The notes: generated by a model from the sequence alone, not told the origin. Numbered from the stretch's first letter, positions 30,538-40,868 are shown. The stretch: DNA of 64,000 nt from a virus (IMGVR_UViG_3300032205_000001:108218-172217); one strand, 5' to 3'. A program made the numbers and translations.

Positions 30538-31190
30538 ACGACGAAAACGCTTGCGCAGATGACCGCCCACACCGACGAAAGCTAACGGAGGCGGACTTCC
30601 GTCGAGTCAACGTCGGCAAGGCGTTCTGGGGGTCGCGCACCGATCATATTCAGCATGATGAGACGAGGGACGTGATCCTCCGCTACCGGAAGAACATCGA
30701 GTCGATGATCAAGACCGGAAGCGGCCTGATCTTCCTAGGTCCACCAGGGGTCGGGAAGACGTCGGCCGCCGTGTGCATCGTGAAGGAAGCCATCGTGGCT
30801 AGGTACAGCGTGTATTTCGCAACCCATGCCGAGATGCGCGAGCTTCGCTTTTCGAGGAGGGATGAGCTTTTCGGGGATGGTACCGACGGAATTACGATAG
30901 CCAAGAAGGTCGAGATCGCAGACCTGTTGGTGCTCGATGGGTTCAACGAGCCATTCTTCACGGACAAGGTGTTCGGCCCGCTGCAGTTGGAGGAGCTGCT
31001 TGTTTATCGGTCGTCGCGGAAGCTGACCACGATGATGACTACGAGAAGCGGGGCCACGCTGAAGAAGGAAGAATTCACCGATCTGTTCGAGCAGATCAGC
31101 CAGTGCATGGTCCCGTTGAACATGGGCGGGAAAAACATGCGAGACGATGACCGCAAGAAACTTAGTGTCCGAGTTCTAGGTGGACGCTAA
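30531..31190 (+). CDS. DnaC/IstB-like AAA+ helicase loader
   Basis: GPPGVGKT; LLVLD. Confidence 0.82.
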   Translation: MVNDENACADDRPHRRKLTEADFRRVNVGKAFWGSRTDHIQHDETRDVILRYRKNIESMIKTGSGLIFLGPPGVGKTSAAVCIVKEAIVARYSVYFATHAEMRELRFSRRDELFGDGTDGITIAKKVEIADLLVLDGFNEPFFTDKVFGPLQLEELLVYRSSRKLTTMMTTRSGATLKKEEFTDLFEQISQCMVPLNMGGKNMRDDDRKKLSVRVLGGR

Positions 31191-31194
31191 ATAA

Positions 31195-31446
31195 ATGGGT
31201 CCAGATCTATCCTTCACTTGTCAGATCTGCGGGCAGTCAATTTCTCGTGGAGAACACACTATCCGGGTTGTCGCTGAGACATGTATAAGCGACGGCATCG
31301 GCGGTGGCTCTAAGCAGACAGACGGCAGCGAGGTCGTCTTCTCTGTGTTCCATATGGAATGCGTTTGTGCGACCTACGCTAGTCGTGAATGCGACGTCAT
31401 TGCCTATATTTCAGAAGCCCGCGAGGTGATCGATGGACATCGATAA
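31195..31446 (+). CDS. hypothetical zinc-binding protein
   Basis: CQIC...HMEC. Confidence 0.6.
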   Translation: MGPDLSFTCQICGQSISRGEHTIRVVAETCISDGIGGGSKQTDGSEVVFSVFHMECVCATYASRECDVIAYISEAREVIDGHR

Positions 31447-32776
31447 GGAATTCGTTCGAGCTGTTGTTCGTGGCGGAAGGCCTGCTGTTCTGGCGGCCAT
31501 CGACAGGTACATCGATCGCGAAGTAGAAATTGGCGGCGAAAAGGGGACCTACCTCTTCGGCGACGGGAAAAAGGCGTGGGGATTCGTTAAGGAATTCTAT
31601 AACAAGTACAACGATGTGCCTTCTATCGAAGCCATCGAAGGAAACCTTGGAATCGACCTTAGCGGCACGATGAACGAGCCCTATGGGTTCTTCCTCGAAG
31701 AGATCCTGAAACGCCGCCTATGGCAGTTACAGCGCCACGGAACCAAGACGGTTAGCGAGAAGCTGGAGGCCAAAGATCCTACCGGAGCTGCTGAGGTTTG
31801 GGCCGAGATTCATCGCAAGATTCAGGAAGAGGCCCTCACGGTACGCAAGGTCGAGTCCCTGTTGTCGCTCGGAAAGGATCTAATCCAGGACTACAAGGAC
31901 GCGAAGGCAGGCAAGCGTGGAATTCCTACGCCGTGGCCATCAATGGACCAGCAGACCCTGGGATGGCAGCCAGAAGACCTGATTCTTTTCGTTGGACGTC
32001 TCGGCGTCGGAAAGACCTGGTCGTTGGTGATTTGTGCGCATACGGCATGGAAGCACGGTAAGCGAGTTCTGGTCGTCTCTACGGAGATGAACAAGAAACA
32101 GATGGCCCGGCGCTTCTTTGCGTTGCACCTGAAGATGCCGTATGACGAGATCAGACGAGGCAAGCTTGGCGAGTTCGTCGAGGACAAGTTCTACAAGGGC
32201 GTCGAGGAGATCATGGGAGAGCAGGGCATCGACATCGTTGCCGGCGATTTCGATTACTCGATCGACAACATCTCGGCGGTTCTTGGCGACCTGAAGCCTG
32301 ACCTCATGGCTCTCGACGGTCCGTACCTGATCAAGAATTCAGGAAAAGATCGCCACGAGCGTGTCTCGAACACGTTTGACGATTTCAAGAAGCTCGGAAA
32401 GCGCCACCTACACGCGACCATCACCAACCTCCAGTTCAACCGTTCTGCCAAGACTGGCGATGCCAAGACGATCGCCGCCGACAACATCGGCATCACCGAC
32501 GTCGCCGGCTGGAACGCTGATGCCGCCTACGGTCTTCAGCAGACCGAGGAAATGCGGAAGAACTGGGAGATGGGCATGAAAGGCCTTAAGGTTCGTGAGG
32601 GCTTGCCAGATGAATTCAAGATCCACTGGAACCATCAAGCGATGGATTTCTCGGAGATTGGCGGCAGTAATACGACGCCAACTAGCCCAACGTCTGGAGG
32701 AGGAACGCCAAGCGGCGGAGGAGGCGATGCTGCCTACGCCGTCGAGGACGACGGATTCGACGATGTCCCATTCTGA
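31433..32776 (+). CDS. dnaB: DnaB-like replicative helicase
   Basis: GRLGVGKT, STEM, LDG, LQFNR, KVRE. Confidence 0.9.
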   Translation: MDIDKEFVRAVVRGGRPAVLAAIDRYIDREVEIGGEKGTYLFGDGKKAWGFVKEFYNKYNDVPSIEAIEGNLGIDLSGTMNEPYGFFLEEILKRRLWQLQRHGTKTVSEKLEAKDPTGAAEVWAEIHRKIQEEALTVRKVESLLSLGKDLIQDYKDAKAGKRGIPTPWPSMDQQTLGWQPEDLILFVGRLGVGKTWSLVICAHTAWKHGKRVLVVSTEMNKKQMARRFFALHLKMPYDEIRRGKLGEFVEDKFYKGVEEIMGEQGIDIVAGDFDYSIDNISAVLGDLKPDLMALDGPYLIKNSGKDRHERVSNTFDDFKKLGKRHLHATITNLQFNRSAKTGDAKTIAADNIGITDVAGWNADAAYGLQQTEEMRKNWEMGMKGLKVREGLPDEFKIHWNHQAMDFSEIGGSNTTPTSPTSGGGTPSGGGGDAAYAVEDDGFDDVPF

Positions 32777-33032
32777 AGTCGAACCCCGGCGTTGTCCGCG
32801 CTGCAGCAAGTTTGTGACGAGCAAAACCGCCTTCGCCGTCCATCTGTGGACCGATGGAGACAGGCTGCTTTACGATGTTGTTTCGGCCAAAAATACGCCT
32901 ACAACAGGGATGCTAATGCATCTTACAGGGGACAGACAGTGTGGGTCAGAAGTTTCTGGTTATGTAGGCAAACTACTCAAAAGGCTAGGACTCACGCTGG
33001 ACTGCGATACCTCGTTTTTGGACGGGTTGTAG
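32763..33032 (+). CDS. hypothetical zinc-binding protein
   Basis: CPRC...HLTGDRQC. Confidence 0.55.
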   Translation: MSHSEVEPRRCPRCSKFVTSKTAFAVHLWTDGDRLLYDVVSAKNTPTTGMLMHLTGDRQCGSEVSGYVGKLLKRLGLTLDCDTSFLDGL

Positions 33033-33117
33033 CCGTTGACAATTTAGCCTTTACCTCTTAATGTCCGATATAGAAAAGGTGCTAAGATAAGCACCATCGA
33101 CAGCTAAGAGGTAAGCC

Positions 33118-33465
33118 ATGGCGACCAAGCGAGTTCAGGAAGTGATCGATCGGTTCGTTGCAGAACTGGTCGAGGTTTGTGAGAAGGAGGCCGCCGAGAA
33201 CATTCAGAGCAGGCTGCGAGATGCTTTGGGTTCGGAAATTGCGCTGCCTCCTATGACAGTGAAGCGCAGGAAGACGACGAAGGGCTATTCGGTTCTTCGT
33301 CCCTGCCCGATCCCGGACTGCAAGGACACGGCAGCGCCTCGTCACGGAATGGTGTGCAAGAAGCACAGCACGCTTCCGCGTGAGGAAATTCTGGTTGCCC
33401 GTGACAACGCGGTCAAAGAGGGCGGCGTTTGGTTCAATCTGAAGCCAGGCAGGAAGACCGCCTGA
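33118..33465 (+). CDS. small zinc-finger protein
   Basis: CPIPDC...GMVCKKH; SD GAGG. Confidence 0.75.
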   Translation: MATKRVQEVIDRFVAELVEVCEKEAAENIQSRLRDALGSEIALPPMTVKRRKTTKGYSVLRPCPIPDCKDTAAPRHGMVCKKHSTLPREEILVARDNAVKEGGVWFNLKPGRKTA

Positions 33466-33728
33466 TGCCGAAGAAGAAGCCAGCGAAGAAGAAGGTACGA
33501 ACCGAAGAGGAGTATCAGGAGCTGCGCAAGGCAACGGTTGCGCTGGCGAACTGCGCAATCCTGACCCTCGCCAGCAAGGGCAAGCTCGGTGCCGGTTCAG
33601 GGATGACGATCAACCTGAAGACCAAGCAGGTCAGGCACTGGTCTGCGCAGTTCTTCGATGCGCTCGATATGGTTGGCATCGTATACGATCGAGACAAGTA
33701 CTTCGAGAAGCCGAAGCGCAAGCGCTGA
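33465..33728 (+). CDS. hypothetical protein
   Basis: TGATG-coupled. Confidence 0.65.
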   Translation: MPKKKPAKKKVRTEEEYQELRKATVALANCAILTLASKGKLGAGSGMTINLKTKQVRHWSAQFFDALDMVGIVYDRDKYFEKPKRKR

Positions 33729-33746
33729 TCGTGGTATCATGGACGC

Positions 33747-34181
33747 ATGAAGTGGCAGGACGTACCTGCACTCGTGCGTCATTCGACGTTGGCGATCTAC
33801 AACAAGTCGACTGGCGGCGGTGCCGACGGTTTTATCAAGGCGCTACGCATCTCCAGGGACACCCTTGCGAAGCAGGGGTACGTCTACGCTGGCCAGAAGA
33901 TGGCAGTGCTTGAGGAAATCAAGCTGACAGCCAAGGGCTGGTTGCAGAATCGCAAGCATGTGGCCGAGGGGCGATCGGGGGCGGAGAAGGACAAGGCGTT
34001 CGCTCAGCTGTGGAAGCTGATCGAAAATCGCGTCTGGGAATTGGATGGTCCATCCGGCGAAAAGCCGAGCCCGCCAAAGAACAGCGAAGAAGCCGCTGCT
34101 CGTGAGAAAATGCCATCGAAGCCAGGCGAGAAGCCAAAGGTTGACGATAGACGAGGTCTTGTCTACCCTCCGCCTAAATGA
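33747..34181 (+). CDS. hypothetical protein
   Basis: 144-aa ORF. Confidence 0.7.
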   Translation: MKWQDVPALVRHSTLAIYNKSTGGGADGFIKALRISRDTLAKQGYVYAGQKMAVLEEIKLTAKGWLQNRKHVAEGRSGAEKDKAFAQLWKLIENRVWELDGPSGEKPSPPKNSEEAAAREKMPSKPGEKPKVDDRRGLVYPPPK

Positions 34182-35239
34182 GAGCTGAGCACATAGAATA
34201 TGTGCTGCGAGAGCTTGGCTGTTCTAAAATCAAAAACAAGGGCAACGAAGTAGAGAGTAGGTGCCCGTTCGTAGCGTGCTCAAACAAACGCGGCTCGTCC
34301 TTTTATATCGACGTGTCTCTAGATGATGAGAGCACGTTTTTTTGTCACAGATGCAAAGCGAAGGGCACGTTACGAGGGTTGATGTATCTCCTCTATAAGG
34401 AGTCTGGACGAGACCGTTCAGATCTAAGGGCGTTTGTTCTTGCGAACAATTTAGTAGATCCAAAAAAACAGCTGGCGAGGGTGGACGCTGCAGCTGGCTG
34501 GTATGCGACGCCTAGGAGCGATCGTATGCCTGCGACCGTAGAAGGCGGCAAGGATTACTCAGATCCTTTACTGCGCGCCGACATGAAGCCGCCACTTCCA
34601 GAATCAGCCGTCGAGCTGATGGAGAAGATGCGCACCTGGATTGACCAGGAGGCGTGGAATTATCTGACAGGACCAGAGCGAAGGTTGACGCCACAGACGA
34701 TTGAGAAGTGGAAAATCGGTTGGCATCCGAGACTGCGTCGAATTTCAGTTCCTCAATACGACCGGATCGGCCGACTGGTAAATCTATCGGGGCGTCATGT
34801 GCCGTATTGGCCTGAGTGCGTTCCGTTGTCGGAGTGGGAAAGCAAGGCGCCCAAATGGATGCACTCGCATGGGTTCGATCGCGAGCTGTATCTGTTTGGC
34901 GAAGATTGGCTCAAAACCGACGGAGACGGCAAGGGAACTGTGTTTCTCGTCGAGGGTGCGTTCGACGCCATCTACATGGACCAATGCGGCGTTCCCAACG
35001 TTGCCGGAATCAACGGCTCGTACATCAACGATACGCAGGTCGACAAGATCCTAAAGTGGTTCGACTTTGTAGTTATTCTGATGGATGGAGATCAGGCCGG
35101 CATCGACGCTGCTGCTAGAATCGAAGCAAGACTACTGCGAAGGATCCAAACGGTTACGTTCCTGATCCCCGACGGCAGAGATCCAAATCAGATGACAGAC
35201 AACGAGGTCGAAGATCTGAAGAGCCGGTTCCTTTCTTGA
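34178..35239 (+). CDS. DNA primase (zinc-binding domain plus Toprim)
   Basis: CPF..C...CHRC; VEGAFDAI; MDGDQAG. Confidence 0.9.
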   Translation: MRAEHIEYVLRELGCSKIKNKGNEVESRCPFVACSNKRGSSFYIDVSLDDESTFFCHRCKAKGTLRGLMYLLYKESGRDRSDLRAFVLANNLVDPKKQLARVDAAAGWYATPRSDRMPATVEGGKDYSDPLLRADMKPPLPESAVELMEKMRTWIDQEAWNYLTGPERRLTPQTIEKWKIGWHPRLRRISVPQYDRIGRLVNLSGRHVPYWPECVPLSEWESKAPKWMHSHGFDRELYLFGEDWLKTDGDGKGTVFLVEGAFDAIYMDQCGVPNVAGINGSYINDTQVDKILKWFDFVVILMDGDQAGIDAAARIEARLLRRIQTVTFLIPDGRDPNQMTDNEVEDLKSRFLS

Positions 35240-35326
35240 CTATGTCAGACCCTCTTGGTACTGCTGGACCGTCGCCCGAACCGGACGACTCAAGGTTCCG
35301 ACAAGGACCACTTCAGGAGATCTAAG

Positions 35327-36109
35327 ATGGCGAAATCATGGTACGAGACTGGATACGAGGGTGCGGAGAAGGAGCAGGAGCGCAGGGCGATGGGTTACCC
35401 ACCCGATCGCTTCTGGCTGAAGCCAGGCACCTCCAAGGAGATCGTCTTTGTTGGAGACGATCCGTTCTGCATCAACGAGCATTCGTGGCGTGATAGCGAG
35501 GGTAACTGGCATCAAGCCACTTGCACCGCGAAGATCAACGACAACGGATGCGGTGGTTGCGGCCAACCGGGTGTAAGCCGCCCGGACTACACGGGCCACT
35601 ACACGATCGTCGACATCACCGGCTACACGACACAGAAGGGTGAGAACAAGAACAGACTCATCCTTCTGCCGGCCAAGACCAAGGTGATCAACAAGTTCAA
35701 GTTCAAGAAGGAGAACAGGGGTTCTCTTCTTGGGCAGCTGTGGAACATCACACGCGCCGACGAGAACGCTCCCAACACGGGCGACGATCTCGATCATGTG
35801 CGCGAGCTGAAGTCCATGGAGGGCCTCCTCAGCGTTGTCCAGTACAAGGGCAAGAGCCTGAAGGAGATGATCGAGAAGGCCAACGGTTCTGGTTCGGAAG
35901 CCGAGAAGACACGCAAGTATCTCGCGCACCACTTCCAGATCCCTGACAGCGGTCCGATCCCGATGAAGATCCCGCAGTTCAACTTCCCGGTGCTCTGTGC
36001 CCCGTTGGAGTTCGGAACACTGCGGGCACTCGTTGCGGATGCTCAGCCCTTCAAGAAGCAGGGCGGCGCGTCGGAGACCAGCAAGTCCGACGACGAAGTT
36101 CCGTTTTGA
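35327..36109 (+). CDS. phage single-stranded DNA-binding protein (gp32-like)
   Basis: DRFWLKPG N terminus, H/C zinc ligands, acidic DDEVPF tail; follows the primase. Confidence 0.65.
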   Translation: MAKSWYETGYEGAEKEQERRAMGYPPDRFWLKPGTSKEIVFVGDDPFCINEHSWRDSEGNWHQATCTAKINDNGCGGCGQPGVSRPDYTGHYTIVDITGYTTQKGENKNRLILLPAKTKVINKFKFKKENRGSLLGQLWNITRADENAPNTGDDLDHVRELKSMEGLLSVVQYKGKSLKEMIEKANGSGSEAEKTRKYLAHHFQIPDSGPIPMKIPQFNFPVLCAPLEFGTLRALVADAQPFKKQGGASETSKSDDEVPF

Positions 36110-36181
36110 TCGTCTGACGGAATGGTAGCGAGTGGCCGCTCTTTGCGGCTTCTCGCTATTTGCGTTCTGGAATGGAATCAA

Positions 36182-37603
36182 ATGCAGATCCACGTCGATG
36201 GATGGTCATGGCTTAAACTTGAAGAACTGAGCGAAACCAACGCCCAGGTCATCAAGCGCAAGCTGACGCTTGTCGATGTAGTTCGTCGTTCAGCGGTCGT
36301 AAACAGGGCGTACGTCGAGAGGGATGGGCGGCTTGGAATCCCACGTTCGTTCTTCAGGAAGTCGGTCACCAAAGAACATGATGTAGTCTTCGACTGCAGT
36401 CATGGGCTTCCGTGGCCTGGTCGCGTTAAGGCCCCAGATGGAGCCCTTTGGGCGCATGCTCAGGATGGCGACGTCGACGACCTTGCCCTTGTTGATGCTT
36501 TCACCGGGGGCAAGCCAGCGGACTTCTTTTCGAAGGACCAGAAGACTGGGATAGGGCTGATCCTGAATTCGTTGTGTGACCAACGAGCCGGTGATGGCAT
36601 CGCCATTTTTTCTTCCGAGCAAGCAGCCGCCAAAGTCTGCTTATCGATCATCAAGTCGTTCAAGATGCGAACGCTAGTGGTGACACCGCCAGGCGCACCA
36701 CTAGCGATGTGGAAAACGGTTGTTGGCAGGTACTTGCCCGACGCAAGCGTTTGCGTCATACGCCGAGGCCAACGGGATAACGTTGACGCCCACATCACGA
36801 TCAGCACCATCGATGACATCCAGGACTTCATTACTCGTGGTGAGATCAAGCCTGACGAGTTCGGGTTCATCGTTACGCATCAGATACAGGCAATCGACCC
36901 GGTTGCATGGTCGAGAGCGATATCGTTCTTCTCAGCGTCAAAGCGTCTAGGAATCGCGGATTCCGGGGCCAAGTTCGATGCGGGCATGAACAGGATCTAC
37001 AAGTATCACCTTGGAGATCCTGTGTTCTGCTCTGACCCGGACTACGCGCCGGTCAAGGTCAGGCGTGTTTGGTCGACGTGGAAAATTAGCTCGTGGGCCA
37101 AGGTGAATCCGCAGTTCGTTTCCAAGGAGACGCTGCTGAGCCACATGTGTACCGCCACGACGTACAACACACAGGTCGTTGAGCAGGTTATTGAGGCCAT
37201 GAAGAAGGATCGCAAGATTCTGGTCTTCAGCGAGCGTGTCCCTCATCTCAAGACGCTCAAGCTACAGATCGAGTCAGAGTGGTCAGGGACAGCCAAGAAG
37301 GTCGACTTTGCGATCGATGGCATGTCACCCGAGGAAGTTGCTGACGCTGCTGACGGCGACGTGATCTTGACAACGTATTCGTTCGCCAAATCCATGCCAG
37401 AGATCATCCTGCTGGATACGATCGTCCTGGCTACGCCGATACAGAACCCGTTGCCGTTTGCGAAGCTTTGCCAGATCAAGGATCCAAGTAAAAAGCAGCC
37501 GATTATCGTGGACATGCGATGCGATGAGATCCCGGTTTGTCGAGATTACGGCAAGTTGAGGGACGACATATATCGCGTGTCATTTGGCCAAGATAGCGGA
37601 TAG
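36182..37603 (+). CDS. SF2 helicase-like protein with degenerate motifs
   Basis: Helicase layout (ITISTID, LGIADS, ILVFSERV.HL, LDTIVLATP) but no GKT or DExH. Confidence 0.7.
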   Translation: MQIHVDGWSWLKLEELSETNAQVIKRKLTLVDVVRRSAVVNRAYVERDGRLGIPRSFFRKSVTKEHDVVFDCSHGLPWPGRVKAPDGALWAHAQDGDVDDLALVDAFTGGKPADFFSKDQKTGIGLILNSLCDQRAGDGIAIFSSEQAAAKVCLSIIKSFKMRTLVVTPPGAPLAMWKTVVGRYLPDASVCVIRRGQRDNVDAHITISTIDDIQDFITRGEIKPDEFGFIVTHQIQAIDPVAWSRAISFFSASKRLGIADSGAKFDAGMNRIYKYHLGDPVFCSDPDYAPVKVRRVWSTWKISSWAKVNPQFVSKETLLSHMCTATTYNTQVVEQVIEAMKKDRKILVFSERVPHLKTLKLQIESEWSGTAKKVDFAIDGMSPEEVADAADGDVILTTYSFAKSMPEIILLDTIVLATPIQNPLPFAKLCQIKDPSKKQPIIVDMRCDEIPVCRDYGKLRDDIYRVSFGQDSG

Positions 37604-37650
37604 CCATGATTGACAGTGGAGGATCTACTAGGTAGTTTCCGAATGTTCAG

Positions 37651-38232
37651 ATGGAGTCAATGATGATCGAAAATGAGAACGTAAGCGGGCAGAACGGAAA
37701 GTCGGAGGCTCCATCTGACGGTAAGACTGTTTGGACGTATCGTGGCTGGTACGAGAAGAACAAGGAAGCGCTCTCAAAGAAACGCAAGGAGCGCTACCGC
37801 AAGGACAAGGATTACCGCGAGAAGGTTCTTGAGCAGAACAAGGACTACCGCGCGAAGAAGGCCAAGGAGAAACCGGCCCAACCCAAGGCCAAGGTAAGAA
37901 CGCCGAAGCATCGTAAGCCAGTGATGATGGAGATCCCGGTGAAGGGGAAGCCGCAGCAGGTCTCCATGGTCCATGTCGGAGCGTTTGCCAGGGCGATCGG
38001 ACGCAGCGTTCCAACGATTCATCAGTGGGAACGTGTTGGGCTGTTGCCACGTACGCCGTTCCTTCTTGAGGGCAGGAACAAACAGGAGCGTCTGTACTCG
38101 GCCGATATGATCGGCGTCGTGCGTAATGTGTTGAGCAGGCGTGGTGCGACCGTTGCTTCTACGGATACGAATTTCTACACGGAGATCAGGGACGGCTGGA
38201 TTGCTCTTGGCGTTCCTCTGGAGGATGACTAG
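37651..38232 (+). CDS. DNA-binding protein with MerR-like HTH
   Basis: VGAFARAIGRSVPTIHQWERVGLLP...RLYS. Confidence 0.75.
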   Translation: MESMMIENENVSGQNGKSEAPSDGKTVWTYRGWYEKNKEALSKKRKERYRKDKDYREKVLEQNKDYRAKKAKEKPAQPKAKVRTPKHRKPVMMEIPVKGKPQQVSMVHVGAFARAIGRSVPTIHQWERVGLLPRTPFLLEGRNKQERLYSADMIGVVRNVLSRRGATVASTDTNFYTEIRDGWIALGVPLEDD

Positions 38233-38543
38233 TGAAGGCGCAAAATTCTACGGTCTATGTGACTCGCACGATTGGTTCAAACAAAGGACCGAAGACGAGC
38301 AGTGAGTCTGAGGACATCATCGCCATTCACAAGTTCGAAACGGAACCGGCAAAGGTGACAGTCGACTATGCGTTGACGGTTAACCTGGGCAACTTCGAAT
38401 CTGCAAAGATCGGCGTTTCTGTCACTGTTCCGTGCTACTCGGAAGAGATCGACAAGGCGTACGAATTTGCTCAGGGATGGGCAGAGGAACGTCTCTCTCA
38501 CGAGAGAGACCAGATCGTCAACCGCAGCCAGGCGCCGCTCTAG
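38232..38543 (+). CDS. hypothetical phage protein
   Basis: TVNLGNFESAKIGV motif. Confidence 0.7.
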   Translation: MKAQNSTVYVTRTIGSNKGPKTSSESEDIIAIHKFETEPAKVTVDYALTVNLGNFESAKIGVSVTVPCYSEEIDKAYEFAQGWAEERLSHERDQIVNRSQAPL

Positions 38544-38552
38544 GAGATACAG

Positions 38553-39779
38553 ATGGCCAGGAAAAAGAAGAGCGAGGAAGAGGTCGAGGAGGTCGAACAG
38601 GAGCAAGTGCAGGAAGAAAAGAAGCCTGCCAAGCCTGGCGTTGACGATCGCGATGAGCAGCTCTCTGCCTACTTCAAGCAGGCAGAGAAGAACTACGGCA
38701 AGGGAGCTATCCAGTTCGCCATCGATCATGGTCATGAGAACATTTCCAGGATCACCACCGGGATTCTGCCGCTCGACGTGAGTCTTGGTGGCGGCCTACC
38801 TGTTGGCAGGATCTCGATGTTCTACGGACCAAAGTCGTCGTCGAAAACGACCTGCTTTCTTCGTGCCCTAGGCCGCGCCCAGCGGATGTGCTCAACCTGC
38901 TGGACGCCTGCGTTTCCTATTTGGCGCGTTGACATCTCCGGTCTGAAGCCGAAGTGCAAATGCGGCGAGTATCGCAAGGTCAACGCTGCCTGGCTGGATG
39001 TTGAGGGCGTCTGGGATGCCGGATGGTCAAGTAGGTTCCTGGACACGTCGCGTATCGTTTTCAGCGATCCTGATACAGGAGAGCAGGCCTGCGACATTGC
39101 AGACTCGCTTCTGCGCTCAGGCGCGGTCGACATCATCGTGATCGATTCCGTTGCGTTCATGACGCCGGTAGCGGAAATCGAGAGGTCGGCGGCTGATCCA
39201 ACGGTTGGAACCCAGGCACGACTTCTCGGCAACATGTTTCGCAAGCTCGTCTCTGGAACTAACACAGTGGGCAAGCGAGACGGTCGGCGTCCAACGGTCT
39301 GGTTCACCAATCAGATCCGCCACAAGGTTGGCGTCATGTTCGGCAACCCGGAAACGGTGCCTGGTGGATTCGCTCAGGGGTTTGCGACGTCTACGGAGAC
39401 GCGCATGTCACAGGGCAAGACCCACGAGGACAAAGAGACCGGAATCATTTCTCGTGTGGAGATGAGGATCCGTAACGAGAAGAACAAGTGCGGCGTCGCG
39501 AAGATGGAAGGGGAGTACGACCTCATTCTTCGTGATAGCGAGGTCAAGAAGCTGGGCGACGTCTACGACGAGAACTATGCCATCAAGATTGGCCAGCAAT
39601 GCGGTCTGATTGAGATTGGCCGTGGTCGTGGCAACACCGTCTGGAACGGCAAAGAATTCGATGGCAAGTCCTTGCTGGAACGGTACTGGATGCAGAACCG
39701 AGACGAGTACGAAGACTTCAAGCTGAAGCTTCTCGAACACGTCAGGACGGTCAGCATCGAGCACGAGGCTCAGCTTTGA
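38553..39779 (+). CDS. recA: RecA recombinase
   Basis: LDVSLGGGLPVGRI, GPKSSSKTT, IVIDSVA, FTNQIRHKVGVMFGNPET; Cys-rich insertion. Confidence 0.93.
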   Translation: MARKKKSEEEVEEVEQEQVQEEKKPAKPGVDDRDEQLSAYFKQAEKNYGKGAIQFAIDHGHENISRITTGILPLDVSLGGGLPVGRISMFYGPKSSSKTTCFLRALGRAQRMCSTCWTPAFPIWRVDISGLKPKCKCGEYRKVNAAWLDVEGVWDAGWSSRFLDTSRIVFSDPDTGEQACDIADSLLRSGAVDIIVIDSVAFMTPVAEIERSAADPTVGTQARLLGNMFRKLVSGTNTVGKRDGRRPTVWFTNQIRHKVGVMFGNPETVPGGFAQGFATSTETRMSQGKTHEDKETGIISRVEMRIRNEKNKCGVAKMEGEYDLILRDSEVKKLGDVYDENYAIKIGQQCGLIEIGRGRGNTVWNGKEFDGKSLLERYWMQNRDEYEDFKLKLLEHVRTVSIEHEAQL

Positions 39780-40159
39780 GCGATTCCAAGCTGCCGTCGT
39801 ACTTCACTCCGCACGAAAAGAAGACGCGGAAGAAGAAGTCCATGGCCCAGGAGGGCCGTGTGGCGGGTGCTGTTGGTGGCCGCCGTCAGAAGGCGTCTGG
39901 CGCTCTTCCTGGATCCAAAGGTGATGTGCGCTCTGTAGAGCTGTTGAACGAGTGCAAGCGCACGGACAAGAAGAGCATCTCGATCACCATCGAGTATCTC
40001 CAGAAGATCACCCAGGAGGCGGCCTTCTATAACAAGGTTCCGTCTGTCGCCATCGAGATTGAATCCCCGCCCAAGTTCGTGAACCGGGACTGGATCCTAG
40101 TTCCTGCTGGGTTCTTCAACGAGCTGATTGAGGTCTATCGTGGAAGAAAATCAGACTGA
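39776..40159 (+). CDS. PD-(D/E)xK nuclease / Holliday junction resolvase-like
   Basis: QE.RVA...SGA...KGDV...ECK. Confidence 0.75.
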   Translation: MSDSKLPSYFTPHEKKTRKKKSMAQEGRVAGAVGGRRQKASGALPGSKGDVRSVELLNECKRTDKKSISITIEYLQKITQEAAFYNKVPSVAIEIESPPKFVNRDWILVPAGFFNELIEVYRGRKSD

Positions 40160-40610
40160 AGAAGTCCAAGAGATTCAGCCGACACCATCTCTGCCGATCA
40201 CGGATAGTGAGCGTGCGGCCATCGATGCTGCCATCGAACAGTGGGCGAAACTTGGCAAGCGTCGCGGTGTATTCTCTGAATCGACCAGATACAGGGAGAT
40301 CATCGCTGACCAAGACCTATGCAAGAGGGCCGACGAACTGATTGCAGAGGGCCTCGTCTCTATCAAGACGAAGGTCAAGGAAGACACCGCCGAGAAGATG
40401 TTCGATCGCTTGGCCAAGATCGTTGACGACTGGAAGGACCGCGACGAGCAGACCACGTTGGCGATCGTGTTCTTTCGATACATGGATACGATGCGGTTCT
40501 TTATGGCCTACCGTGGCAAATATCGTGGCAGGGAGCGCAAGTCGTCGTTGACAAAGCAAGAAGCGCTTGCTGAGCTGAAGGCTCGCGGGCTTACCAAGGG
40601 CAAATCATGA
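40128..40610 (+). CDS. hypothetical protein
   Basis: 160-aa ORF; start may be GTG 40140. Confidence 0.7.
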   Translation: MRSIVEENQTEEVQEIQPTPSLPITDSERAAIDAAIEQWAKLGKRRGVFSESTRYREIIADQDLCKRADELIAEGLVSIKTKVKEDTAEKMFDRLAKIVDDWKDRDEQTTLAIVFFRYMDTMRFFMAYRGKYRGRERKSSLTKQEALAELKARGLTKGKS

Positions 40611-40867
40611 AGACGAGAATTCAGCTTGCAGGCGGCGCACACGGATCTCAGGAAAAAACCCTTTGGAGGGGAGAACTTCCTCTGTGGTCCGGTATTCCTG
40701 GCATGCGGGTTGTTCTATACAAGCCCAGCGATGAAGGCGAGGGCGAAGCAGTGCCTCTGCAGTTTCGTCAGGTGGCGCTTGAGATCAACATCACTACGAA
40801 CGAATCCGAGCAGGTTATCTACGTCTCGCCGGTAGACAAGACCAAGCAGAACGAACTGCTGGGATGA
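40607..40867 (+). CDS. hypothetical protein
   Basis: Overlap-coupled ORF. Confidence 0.65.
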   Translation: MKTRIQLAGGAHGSQEKTLWRGELPLWSGIPGMRVVLYKPSDEGEGEAVPLQFRQVALEINITTNESEQVIYVSPVDKTKQNELLG

Positions 40868-40868
40868 C

